Source of the DNA: Schmidtea nova
Taxonomy: Eukaryota
Reading direction: 5' to 3'
DNA length: 64,000 nt
Assembly (NCBI GenBank): GCA_044892505.1
Contig: CM097883.1
Coordinates: forward strand, 436,914,001-436,978,000
The stretch's first letter is position 1. Each line of letters opens with the position of its first letter. The notes beneath the pieces were generated by a model. It searched no databases, was not told where the DNA came from, and was given only the letters and a program-made list of their open reading frames with translations. Shown here one piece after another: positions 1 to 11,305 of the stretch. The position numbers and the translations under genes are program-made.

Positions 1-118
1 ATATATATATATATAATTGATGCATGTGTGCGTATTTTTATGTAGTTAAATGTTTTAGGTAATGTCTTTATTTAAAATGTTTATGTATTTAGTTAATACA
101 TAACACAACAAGCATAGC

Positions 119-301
119 ACTAAAATAATTAAAAACAAACGCCAATCCAAATATATATTTTGCACAATATATTTCGAGAGCCTAATTCTCTTCATCAGGT
201 GCTACCCAATCTTACATTCAAATCTAAATCAAATAAATCGATTTTCTCAAACAAATTAGTATTAATTTATAAAATATATATTTTAAATTTCATATTATAG
301 T
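119..301 (-). repeat. Hammerhead-ribozyme-containing repeat (Penelope pLTR/retrozyme-like), copy 1
   Basis: Reverse complement is identical over about 173 nt to 7271-7443, with one indel at the outer edge. Confidence 0.9.
162..202 (-). ncRNA. Minimal type I hammerhead ribozyme (PLE-type)
   Basis: Minus strand reads GCAC-CUGAUGA-A-GAGA(auuaggc)UCUC-GAA-AUAUAU-U-GUGC. This gives the conserved core, a 4-bp stem II, a palindromic stem III and a GCAC/GUGC stem I. Confidence 0.75.
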
Positions 302-883
302 CAAAAAATAAAAATCGATTAAAATTTTTCAATTTAAATAAATTAATCTTAAAAATATAATATTATTTTATTTTTATACAAAAAAATATTTTTTTTAAGA
401 ATATATTAAAAATATTTCCATATTTATAAACAGAATGATTGAAAACGAAATCCATAATCCCCAATTGAAAATGCTCTAAAACTCGAGTACAGAAAAGTCT
501 TGTCCAAAGTATGTGGCATTACGTCCATGACATTTGAAAAATTAAACGAGTATAGAACACAAATCAAAAGAAGAAAATAAACATCGTCAACAACCACATC
601 AGTTAATCTGTTTAAACCGCAAAAAATGAAGCAAACACATATCGATGTTTGTGAATATGTGAGTGTGAGAGTTTTGAGTCCGTCTTTTCTGTACTTGAGT
701 TTTAGAGCATTTTCAATTGGGGATTACGGATTTCATTTTCAATCATTCTGTTGTTTATAAATATGGAAATATTTATAATATATTCTCAAAAAAATATTTT
801 TTTGCATAAAAATAAAAGAATATTATATTTTTAAGATTAATTTATTTTAATTAAAAAATTTTAATCGATTTTTATTTTTTGAC
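300..883. mobile_element. Foldback/MITE with about 200-bp imperfect inverted arms
   Basis: About 300-498 is the imperfect reverse complement of about 685-883 (gtcaaaaaataaaaatcg...cgatttttattttttgac). Flanked by TA on both sides. Confidence 0.75.
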
Positions 884-885
884 TA

Positions 886-960
886 TGTTTGGCAAAAACC
901 TCAAATTGTTTTAATAAAGCAATAACCCCATAGGTAGAGAGCGCGCAAGATTCAGTTTTA
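886..960 (+). repeat. Terminus of a dispersed LTR-like repeat family (TGTT(G/T)GGCAAAAA)
   Basis: Diverged similarity to the reverse complement of 12700-12810 (shared gtagagagcgc motif) and to 57972-58090. Confidence 0.4.
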
Positions 961-2118
961 ACCATTACATCCTTAAAAAATCCAAACGATTAAGTGAAAA
1001 ACACCAAAAGGTGAAGTAGACTCAGAACACATCAACCGATAGAGAGCGAGCTGGCTGTGAGACTGAAAGCCCTTACACTGAAACCTCGAGAAAAATCAAA
1101 TGCCATCAAAAGAAGAATGTCTGAAAGTTAGAATAGGCGGAAAACCCATTGAAAATACCCATAGAAAATGGAATTGCGTTATAAAACCTTCAGTGCAGGA
1201 AATATTAACAAAATTTTAGCCGAAAACTGTGATTTTATCAAAATATTTCACATTAACAACAAAAAGAACTAATATTGATCGAAATATCGTAAATTAAATC
1301 AAATCGAACAAATTTCGATTCAAAAATAAATATTTTGAATTAAAATAAATTATTTGTGTTTTATAAAAAACTATTACACAAAAATATGGATTTAATTTTC
1401 GGAAAATCATTAGAATTAATTTAGAAAAATTAAAAGGAAAATTCTAGAACAATTTGTTTTATTACACTACTGAAGGTAACGCAAAATCGATGGTATATAT
1501 ACCGCCATCAAAATGGAATTTATCGGAATTTGTGAGAATTTTATAGAAGAATATTTTTAAAATTTTAATTTTCTGGGAAAATTCGTAAGTCTCATTCTTT
1601 TGTTGGTGCGGGGTCATCGAACACCATGCCTGTCCGATTACCCCGTACCGGTAATATTTTTATATTTTTTGGTATATTATATTATTATTGCTATATTATT
1701 TTATGAATATTAAATGAGTATTAAAATTTTTACTGTTTATTTTTTTAAATTTTTTTTTGATTATTGTCACAAATCCCAGAGTTGAATTCACCAAAATTAT
1801 CTATTATAAAAAATGATAAAAGTAAATAAATACATTTTTTTTACTTCCGTACCCCCTGAAGCCTGTTTCTGGCCTTGTGCCGATCGGGTGGAAGTAGCCT
1901 GAGCGGATCGCTGGTTCGATACGTAAATCGATCAGCCCATATTTCCGAGTCCAGGTGAATAGCCTAAACATCCATGATCACTTCATCTCAACTGGGGAAC
2001 AGTGGCTTGGCCAAAGACAAGTTGTTATATTAATGATATTTGATTTATAATAAATGTAGTTTATCTAAATTTATAATTTCTGACGTATTTATCATTTAAA
2101 AATTAAGACCACATTTAA

Positions 2119-2199
2119 CACGTTGACGGACAGTATTAAAATTACAGCATTAAAATTACTTGAACTTGACGGCTATAGACGCAACTGTCCGTCAACGTG
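2119..2199. mobile_element. 81-bp piggyBac-type mini-MITE
   Basis: Perfect 16-bp TIRs cacgttgacggacagt/actgtccgtcaacgtg, with TTAA on both sides. Confidence 0.75.
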
Positions 2200-5100
2200 T
2201 TAAACGTAAAGACGATTTTCTCCAGTAATGTCTTTTCCATTATGAAAAATAATTGTGCAAGAACATTTTACTCGTCGTCGCCTTCACTCTCGCAACAACC
2301 GTCATCTTATCCGAAAACGCAAGTAAATGGAAGCTAATGTTGAAAAAAGAATCATATGAAATAATGCTCAAAACTGATATAATGATCCCGAAATGAAATG
2401 AATTTAGGACAAGTATTGATTGATCTGAATTAAACCTCATTCATTATCTAAATAATTTTCTCTAGTGAACTTTGTTTTCGGGAGCCTTAAATTCCTAAGT
2501 GAAGTGTCCCGAAAAATTCGCGCGCACTTTGGTTGGGGAAATTCATGCTCGAACGAAACCGAAATTCACTCTACTCGATGTCGAAAAATAGTCGTTGAAA
2601 AATTTATTACTTATTTTATTTTTATTTTTATTCAGTATATAAAACTTTTAGGTTGAATGCTTATTTGGATTTCTAAATTTATGGATAAAAATTTTTTTAT
2701 TATGTGGATTTCGTGTTGATCAAAAAATAAATATTTACCTTTTATTATATTGCCAAAATTTTATAAATGAAAAAAAGTAAACCAAAAAATTCCTAAGAAT
2801 TTATAAATAAAAACTTATATTGAAACCCATAAAAATTATAAATCGAAAATATTATTATTATATTAAAAAATTTTTATCATTTTATGAAATCCAAGATTTC
2901 GAAATTTCATAGAAAATATTTACTATTAATATATATATACTTAAAATACAAAAATTCGAACCTAAAAATGTATATTGTAAAAATCAGAAATTTTATTATT
3001 GTCGAAATCTTAAGAATCTATAAATTTAAAATTTGTATGAAATTATTTTTATTATTTTAATTTAGGAAATATAAAATTTATTATTATATTAATCTAGAAA
3101 GTATAAAATTTATTTTTATTAATTTAATTGTAAAAATTTATATTATTATTTTAATCTGGAATTTAATTTATATATTATGACTATATTATTTATAACATAC
3201 CCCCTAAAATCACATACAATTCAAATTTGCAATTCATTACACCCATACCAATCAATAGCATCACCCATACTAATACACAAGCAACATCTATTCAAAATAC
3301 AATATACACACATACAGAGCATCATTCAATAGTACACCCGGTTTCAAGCATTAAAAATAACTATGATACAAGTAGGTGTGCACACCAACTTGTTACTCAT
3401 AGTTACTTTGTTTAATGCTTTACATTTAATTTATTACATTTATTTTTCATTTATTTTTAAATTAGCCATTTTTTAAAACTGGCTATCAGGTAATTTTATT
3501 TATCTAGATATCTTTTAAGGATTCTATTTTGATCTTACAATGATGTAAGATCACTATAGAAGCTTTGAAAGTTTATCTACATTCTTCATTATTATTTTTA
3601 TTTTATATTCATTAGTTTTTTAGAAAAATATGATTTTTTATGAATTTTTTTGGAAGTATTTTATTTAAATGTAAGTAAAATTATTTTTTAACAAAAGTTT
3701 ATTAATGAAATTAATCGTTATCCGAATATTTCTATTTAATATGTTGTTCTACACTTACATTTATTAAATTTTTAAATACTTTTTAGGAAATCATGATTTT
3801 TTAAACATTTTTTGGGAATTATTTTCATTTAACGTAAGTTAAAAAATCATTTTTTAATAAGAATTATTATAATTATTTCTAATTTTGAAATATTTTTTGG
3901 ATATTCCAAGAAATAATTTAATTAAGCTTAATTTTTTATTTCAAGAATTGGCAAAGTATATTATCCTGTATTATCTTAGGCTTCAAAATGATCTAAATTG
4001 AAGTGTAAATATGTTATTTTGTCTATAATTTTAAAATAATTAGACTGAATTATTTTTTTTGGCAACTGAAAACGAAAAGATTTTGCAAATAATTTTTGGA
4101 AATATATGAAATTTTATATTAAAATAAAACTTACGATGTTATCTATCCATTTTCTGGACAACTACCCTAGAAAATATTCCAAATATTTACCCAAAAACCA
4201 TATTTTAAAAATAAATAACTTTATTATAGGATTTTTAATAGCGAAATAAATAACACCCTTAAAAGTTTGCATGCAATTTTCATTATGTTTTGTGTTTGTG
4301 TGTATAATTTATTTTTTCTTACAGAATGTCTATCACATATTAAAATTTTTTAACCATGAAATATCAAAATGCAACACCTACGTAAGTTTTCATTTGCTAT
4401 TAGTTATTTTTAATTTATATTATAGAAATTTTTAATGCTTGAAACCAGGTGTATTCAACAATTATATACACACAAGCAAACCATACCGAAAATTTCACCC
4501 AGACATGTCAGTTGGCGTCGTACGTCCAATCACACTCACAAGCACTCAATTGTTCTCAGTCACCCATCACGAAATTACGTACTTTCATTCAACATTTCAT
4601 CCAACATACCATCACAACAATAGAGTGTCCGTCTCAAACTTACAATAACGTATAGATACACACAAACTTGCAATCACTCCACTGAAAGTTTATAATATAT
4701 CCATCAAAGCAAGCATACATGTCATCACTGAACTATTACATTTTACATCATTAATCCATCGCAAGACTTAACAATCCCAATTATAGTGATTTCGCATCCA
4801 AATATAAATTCGGATGAAGCCCAAAATTTTCACCCACCCTGATAACTTATCCCCTACGTAAAAGGAAATTATTTGAACGAAAAGTGAGACCCGATTTAAC
4901 TTTAAAAGGAGATGCCATCCATCTGATAAGAAAGAGAAGATCGAGAAAGTTATTAACTCATGAATTATGGTCTTACGGTAATGTACTGTGAAAAAGGGTG
5001 CAACTCGTGCTACAAGAAAATTCACCCAAAACATTTGTGCTATAGATGTAGGAGGTACAAATATTTTTCTTTAATAAAAATCAAGATTTTTTTTTATAAA

Positions 5101-6247
5101 TAAAAATCAACATCAAAATTTATTTTAATTTATTAAAATGAACAAAAGGTGAAACCAAAGATTTTTACCACAATGAATAAAATTGAGAATCGAAAACTTT
5201 TGAAGAAGTCTTATCTAAGAAACCGAAGTGGATAAAATTCCAGAGATTTTCTTTCCAGTGAGCGGTAGATCCGCAGGTATAGATGTAGCAGATACATAGA
5301 GGCCGCTGAACTCAATTGAAGTAAATCCAAACGTGTAGTTCTAGCCAGCGCCATAATAATGAGAATGGAGTCATATTTGATATTCTTTTTGAGGAAATTG
5401 TATTGAATTGAGGATCGTAGAATAATTCATCTTCTTTCTTGTGACTAACTAAAAAGGAAAATGATGGCCGTTAAAATTTAAAAGTTAAAAAATCCAAATG
5501 AATTACCCGTAAATTTCAGCATTATTCGATCAGATGAAAATTTTTCTCGCATCTAAAAATAGTTTAACAAGAAAATCAATCAATACATTAATAAAATTAA
5601 ATTCCCATACTATAAATTAACCAATAAAATTTGGTAATTCCTTGTAATGCGTTTATATACTTTCTCCTTTTTTCGGGGGAACGCTGAGGGTATTGAGGGA
5701 ATCGCGGTTGAAATCGGATTTCCTAATCAAAAATTTAATTTGAAATTGGAATAAGAAATTAAAATTTATAAATAAGAGGATTATCAGTATAATAAAATTA
5801 ACATGAAAATTATAGATTGTATATTGTTACCGTTGCTAAGGCCTCGGCGAAATTTTGAAAAGTCAAAATGATAAATTTTAATAAAATGCTAAAGATTTAT
5901 AATAAGCAAGATAGACATTAGGTATAAGAGATAAGCGAAGTTTTAGTAAAATTTATCAACACAAAAATATAAAAAATCAAAAACACCCAGAAATTAATAA
6001 TAGTTGGGTCCAACTCAATAAAAATTAATTACCCCGAAATTTTGTGATAGATCAAAGATTTTTCGATCTCTGAACTGAGTTGGCGATGGTATAGTTGAGG
6101 GTAAACATTGTAAGCAATAATGAATGCGTATAAAAGATCGATAAATGTTCATCGATCAAAATGATCTTATTTTATTGATTTAAAATGAATATTTGAAATT
6201 GAATGTCAAATGACGACTGGAATGGGTTATGATTGTATAATTTTTAG

Positions 6248-6811
6248 ATGTCCGAAATGAATATAGAACAGAAATTCGAAGAGATGTACAAATTGATTTT
6301 GGAAAATGCCCGCCATAATCGTCGGGTAGACCAGTGTTTCGCCGAGATGGAGAGGGCGAAAACCTCAAATACGGATGCGCTACAAATCATGACTTCTCGG
6401 ATGGAGAAGTTCCGAGCGCGATGCCGGGAGATGGAGTCGACGTGGTCGGACAAAGAGACCGTTGACAAACTCCGCAAGCAGAACCAGATGCTGTTGCAAC
6501 AGGCTGCGGACGACGCAATGAGATTGAGGGCGTGCCGAGTCACAATCCGGGAATTGGAAACTCAGAATGAACAGCTGAAGACGGACAGTGGCATCATTGC
6601 TGCCGTCCTGCCAAAACCACCCTGTCTGTCTCAAGAGCTGTTCCCAGTGAGGGTCAAAGAACAGATATTGACACCTCCTGTTCCCGCAAAAACAGCCAGA
6701 CAGAAACCCAATAAAGGGGTGAGGGCTCGGCGAAGACGTCGGCAGGAAGCGAGATTGCTGGGGCAAATCCGCAAGGAATCTTCAGAAGTGATAGACATTA
6801 CTTCTTTGTGA
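6248..6811 (+). CDS. Uncharacterised 187-aa coiled-coil protein with Pro-rich linker and Arg-rich basic tail
   Basis: Intact ORF at about 50-55% GC in an AT-rich background. TATAAAAG lies about 120 nt upstream and AATAAA about 130 nt downstream. No recognisable family. Confidence 0.6.
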   Translation: MSEMNIEQKFEEMYKLILENARHNRRVDQCFAEMERAKTSNTDALQIMTSRMEKFRARCREMESTWSDKETVDKLRKQNQMLLQQAADDAMRLRACRVTIRELETQNEQLKTDSGIIAAVLPKPPCLSQELFPVRVKEQILTPPVPAKTARQKPNKGVRARRRRRQEARLLGQIRKESSEVIDITSL

Positions 6812-7269
6812 TTTAACTGACAATGAATATTTTATCGTGTATCTATTTATTTTTCTTTGTAGTTTGTGTTGTTATATTTTTTGTTAACATTAAAGTTTTC
6901 TCTTGTTTTTTTTATTTATTGGTTCGAATGATTGAAGGGAATAAAGTGATGTATGGAATAAATTGAGTAAAATCAACTGAGGTTTAATAGTAAATGAAGT
7001 TCATGAAGTTTTTCTGAAGTAAATAATACCTAGGAGGGACAAAATGGGCATAAAAACTTCTATCGGTAGCCCTTGGACCCAGGAGATATTCGGTCAATCA
7101 TAGTTTCGTATTGACGACGCTCACTGATTGCGAATACCCACCCACTTGTTACAGTACCAACGTTACATAGTGACGGGTAACAAGATGGTAGTTTAAATGT
7201 TTTATGTGTTGAGTTGTTGATGAGAGCCATAGAAACGTCAAGGTCATATTGACGATCAACAACCCACCA

Positions 7270-7451
7270 ACTATAATATGAAATTTAAAATATATATTTT
7301 ATAAATTAATACTAATTTGTTTGAGAAAATCGATTTATTTGATTTAGATTTGAATGTAAGATTGGGTAGCACCTGATGAAGAGAATTAGGCTCTCGAAAT
7401 ATATTGTGCAAAATATATATTTGGATTGGCGTTTGTTTTTAATTATTTAGT
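7270..7451 (+). repeat. Hammerhead-ribozyme-containing repeat, copy 2 (inverted relative to copy 1)
   Basis: Identical to the reverse complement of 119-301 apart from one indel at the outer edge. Confidence 0.9.
7369..7409 (+). ncRNA. Minimal type I hammerhead ribozyme (PLE-type)
   Basis: gcac ctgatga a gaga attaggc tctc gaa atatat t gtgc. The predicted cleavage triplet is AUU. Confidence 0.75.
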
Positions 7452-7715
7452 TAATGTTTATATTTCTTTATATATTTGACAAATTATTTAAAAAATTATT
7501 TTAATAAAGAAAACCTCTATATTAATAAAAACATATTATTGTTTAAAATAAAAAACTAAAAAACTGAACTTTAATAAAAACTTACAAACAAACTAAAATA
7601 CGAATGATAATACATTTATTAAATGAAAACTAAAAAAGGTAAATACAAATGATAACACAAAAACATTAATAATAACAATAACATAAAAGATATATACAAT
7701 ATACGTGTATTCAAT

Positions 7716-8254
7716 TATTGTTGCGGTGATGATTGATTGTAATCTGTCATCTCACGATTGCATTCATTGTAATCTGGAAGATTATCGGGAGTCTTGTAAT
7801 GACATTCATCACAATCAGGTTATTCTGACGAATCGTCGCATTGTGAAAATTTATTACATTGAACTGATTCGTTGAATTCTGAAGAAACAGGGCAATAAGC
7901 AGATTCATCGCAATCCGGAGTACAATTGGGTCATCTTTTAAGTTATTCTTATTTTTTTTCTTTTTCTTTTGCGGATTTTCACTCGAATTATTTCAGTTCT
8001 GTCCGCAAAATCCATATACGGAACCTCTGAATTCGGTCGGTACAATGCCCACATTAATAGGCACACAGGATGTTCTCGGCCATGAAAGGGATCTCAACAT
8101 CCAAATTTGCTAGATGGTCCAGCAATATTTGTTTGGCGACTATTCTCGAAATACACTGGATCTTATATGGGAATAGTTCGGGTGCTGTGTAAGTCAGCTG
8201 AGCCATCAAATTTGGGAATATTTCTTCCAGTTTGCTGTATAATACAGCCATCAT
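7716..8254 (-). pseudogene. Frameshifted unknown ORF with basic KRKRKK stretch and acidic Cys-containing repeats
   Basis: MMAVLYSK...YTAPELFP.../MWALYRPNSEVPYMDFADRTEIIRVKIRKRKRKK/...PDCDES...PDCDEC...PDYNEC. Same strand as the neighbouring TBP-like relic. Confidence 0.35.
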
Positions 8255-8558
8255 CTTTTCTAAATTTTAAAAATTATAAAAGATGTTAACTAGCAATTTT
8301 TTAATCTACCAGTTTTTAGTTTTGTTGATTTGAGACACATTTTAGATATAAATTATCACAAAATGTTCATGGTATATAAACGATAGTAACACACAACATA
8401 TAGAAAATAATACACACATAATAAATCAGATTCGAGTACACATAATATGTCTTTATTTGATAAATACATACGAAGCCAATCAGAATCGTGCATTACTATT
8501 GTAGGTTTATTGCAATCATGAGTCACACGATAATAAGAAATCTAAAAAGTCTTTATCC

Positions 8559-9010
8559 TCAATAATTGATTTTATATCGATAAATAATACTATCAACTAT
8601 ATTATAATAATCCTTATTTTTAACCCTAATATAACCGCTAGCAAATATATTAACACACACAGGATTATATTTTATATATCTCAAAGTTGGATATATTTCT
8701 GGCTCGTAAACACAGTCCAATAATTTAGATAAAATATTTAAATTACAACTAAATCCTAAGTCTACCGTTACAGTAATTGATTGTATTTTAAAATCATAAA
8801 TCTTTACTTTTTCATCACTAATAAATTCCTTGCATCCCATAATTCTAAATCTCCTGGTCTTAAAAGAATATTATCGGGTACTTACCACTTCTATCAATAA
8901 TTTTCTGTGGTTTCCCTTTGGGAATTTCATGTGAGATACATCAATTTTACCTTTATAATTTATGTTGCCAATCATTACTTTAATAAATGTTTTTTAAATA
9001 TGAGAACAAT
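8559..9010 (-). pseudogene. TATA-binding-protein (TBP)-fold pseudogene
   Basis: DFKIQSITVTVDLGF...CVYEPEIYPTLRY...VNIFASG matches TBP repeat 2 (DFKIQN..SCD..F...YEPELFPGLIY...LIFxSG). The upstream frameshifted IIFFKTRRFRIMGCK resembles the end of repeat 1 (LIFSSGKMVCTGAK). Confidence 0.75.
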
Positions 9011-9068
9011 GACAACTATTTTTAAAAAAAAATATAAACAATAATACTAAAATTAGAAAATTAGAAAT

Positions 9069-9693
9069 ATGGAATTAAGAAATGATGCAGTTTTTCAAAT
9101 TGTTGGCCCGAGCTGGAGTGGAAAAGCTTTGTTTGTTTGTAAATTATTACAATCAAAATTATTCAAGTCCAAATTTAATAAAATATATTGGCATAGTGGA
9201 GCAGATGATGAATATGGAATGACTCAAGCTCAATTTTGTAAAATCAAAATGACTATAATAAAGGTTTTGATAAACATTGGTCTACTAGATTACGACAAGG
9301 TTATGTGATTATTATTGATGACTTGTATGAAGAAGCAAATAAAGAAAACGATTTTAATAACTTATCTACAAATATCGCTAGGCACAAAGGTGTTACAGTT
9401 ATTTTTATTACTCAGAATCTATTTCATCAGGGTGATAGTCATCGAACTCGTAATTTTTATGTTCAATATCTAGTTTTTTTTAAATCCTAGAGATACAACA
9501 GTTATTGATTTTCTTGCAAGACAAGCATACCCTTTCTAATTGTAATTTCTTGATTGATGCGTTTCAAGAGGCTACAAAAGCTGCTTATGGATATCTTTTT
9601 CTTGTTATCACCCAGCAATGTAGTGATGATTTAAGAGTTAGAACAGATTTTTCAACAAGGAAGGAGCTATGGTTTATAAACAAAGTTAATTAG
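9069..9693 (+). pseudogene. Maverick DNA-packaging ATPase (FtsK/HerA, poxvirus A32-like), disrupted
   Basis: Degenerate Walker A GPSWSGKA, Walker B IIIDD, VIFITQNLF and YLVFFKS*RD...LARQ motifs across three frames. Confidence 0.9.
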
Positions 9694-9866
9694 ATGGATA
9701 TTATCAATCATGTTAATGAAATCTCGAGTAAGGTTTTCACGTTTTATAAATGCTAGAAAAACAAAGAAACTAGGAAAACAAAGAAAATAGGAAAAAACAA
9801 AGAAACTTAGAAAAACAAAGAAACCAAATGCAAAAACTAGTTATACACAACCGAAAAAATTAATCT

Positions 9867-10203
9867 TTGGATAATATTCCAAAGAGTAATCGTATTAAAA
9901 ATACTTTAAAACCAAAACCAAAACAAATACATCATCGTAGTTTCCCATTTTTTAATGCATTACTTAAAGCCCCTAGTATTAGAAGAATGAGTATTTTACA
10001 ATCGTTTCCTATTTACGTTATTGTGGATTTACTAATGATTTTAATTAAAGTTGTTAAAAGTAAAATCAATAAAAGTGAATCAAATAAAAGGGTTTTGAAC
10101 AAACACAAGAAACCACTTTTATCACTCGTAAAAACAAAAGATAGAAAATTAATGCGTAAAATAATATATAAACAACAAGAATGATTTATTGCAGCACTAT
10201 TGG
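9867..10203 (+). pseudogene. Small basic Maverick ORF ending QQ(G-G)FIAALL
   Basis: ...HKKPLLSL...RKIIYKQQE*FIAALL resembles the conserved Q-x-G-G-F-hydrophobic end of a small Maverick ORF. It lies between the ATPase and the integrase. Confidence 0.5.
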
Positions 10204-10289
10204 AAGGTGCTGGTTCATCAGGAAAAGGTCATAAACAATGGGACAATCGTTGCCTAATCTTAATTTTAACTCTAAATCTTCTTGTTGTA

Positions 10290-11305
10290 ATGGAGAAGAT
10301 ATGGACGAACCTAAAACACGAGGCAGGTTTTGGTGAGGTCGAAAAGCTAAGGGAAAATGTATTGAATTCGAAAAAAAACAGACTCAAAGTTGGTTATCGG
10401 GGCAACTTGCATACAGTCTAAACAAACCGATGCTGAAACGGTTTCCAACTCAAACATATAGAACGTATAGAATTAATGATTTGTGACAAATGGATTTGAT
10501 GGAAATGATTTCATATTCAAAAATTTTCAAGGGATGCAAATATATTTTGAGATGTAGTGATGTTTACAGTCGTTTTGCTCGGGCTATTCCAGTAAAATCT
10601 AAATCTGCTAATGAAATGGCTATTTCAATCAAAACAATATACAAAAGTGGACGTCCAACTAATTTACAAGATTATATATTATTTTATAAAATGATAATTA
10701 TTTATCTAGGTAAGGAAAAGAAATTATAGAAGGAATCGATCATTACTAAGTATTCTCCCAATTCAAAGCAGCCCATGTTGAAAGATTTAATAGTAAATTA
10801 AGAGATCGTCTAAAGAAATATTTTGTGCATCAAGGGAATAAAACATGGATTAATGTTTTACCACAAATTATTCATAGTTATAATCATTCTGCTCATAAGG
10901 TATAAATGGAAAGAAACCTGCTAAAGTAGTTGATACTGAAAATAATTTGAGTGATACGAAAATAAAGAAACCAAAATATAAAATTGGTGATCATGTTCGA
11001 ATTAGTAAAATTAGTGCATTGCCATTCATTAAAAATTTTGATAGTAATTGGAGTGATGAGTTATTTAAAATATCGAAAGTCAACACAGTCCAGAATCCTG
11101 TCATGTATAATATTTCTGATTCTGATAACAATATAGTCAGTGGTAAATTCTTTGAACAAGAATTACAAGTTATTCCCCCAAACGATATTTCGAATTCAAA
11201 AAAATATTGAAAACTAAAATGATCGGTAAAGATAAACAATACTATGTCAAATGGCATGAATATAAAGAACCGTCATGGATATCGTCAAAAGACCTCGTAA
11301 AATGA
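10290..11305 (+). pseudogene. Maverick retroviral-like integrase with C-terminal chromodomain, disrupted
   Basis: QMDLMEM...YILRCSDVYSRFARAIPVKSK; AAHVERFN; WINVLPQIIHSYN; KYKIGDHVRISK...NWSDELF; chromo-like YYVKWHEYKEPSWI. Confidence 0.92.

Noticed and set aside
1590-2020. GC-richer structured patches suggesting a tRNA, SINE or SL RNA
   Set aside because: No cloverleaf, A/B boxes or Sm site could be identified by eye.
8054-8254. YTAPEL read as a protein-kinase subdomain VIII motif
   Set aside because: No other kinase motifs (HRD, DFG, glycine loop) are nearby in any frame.
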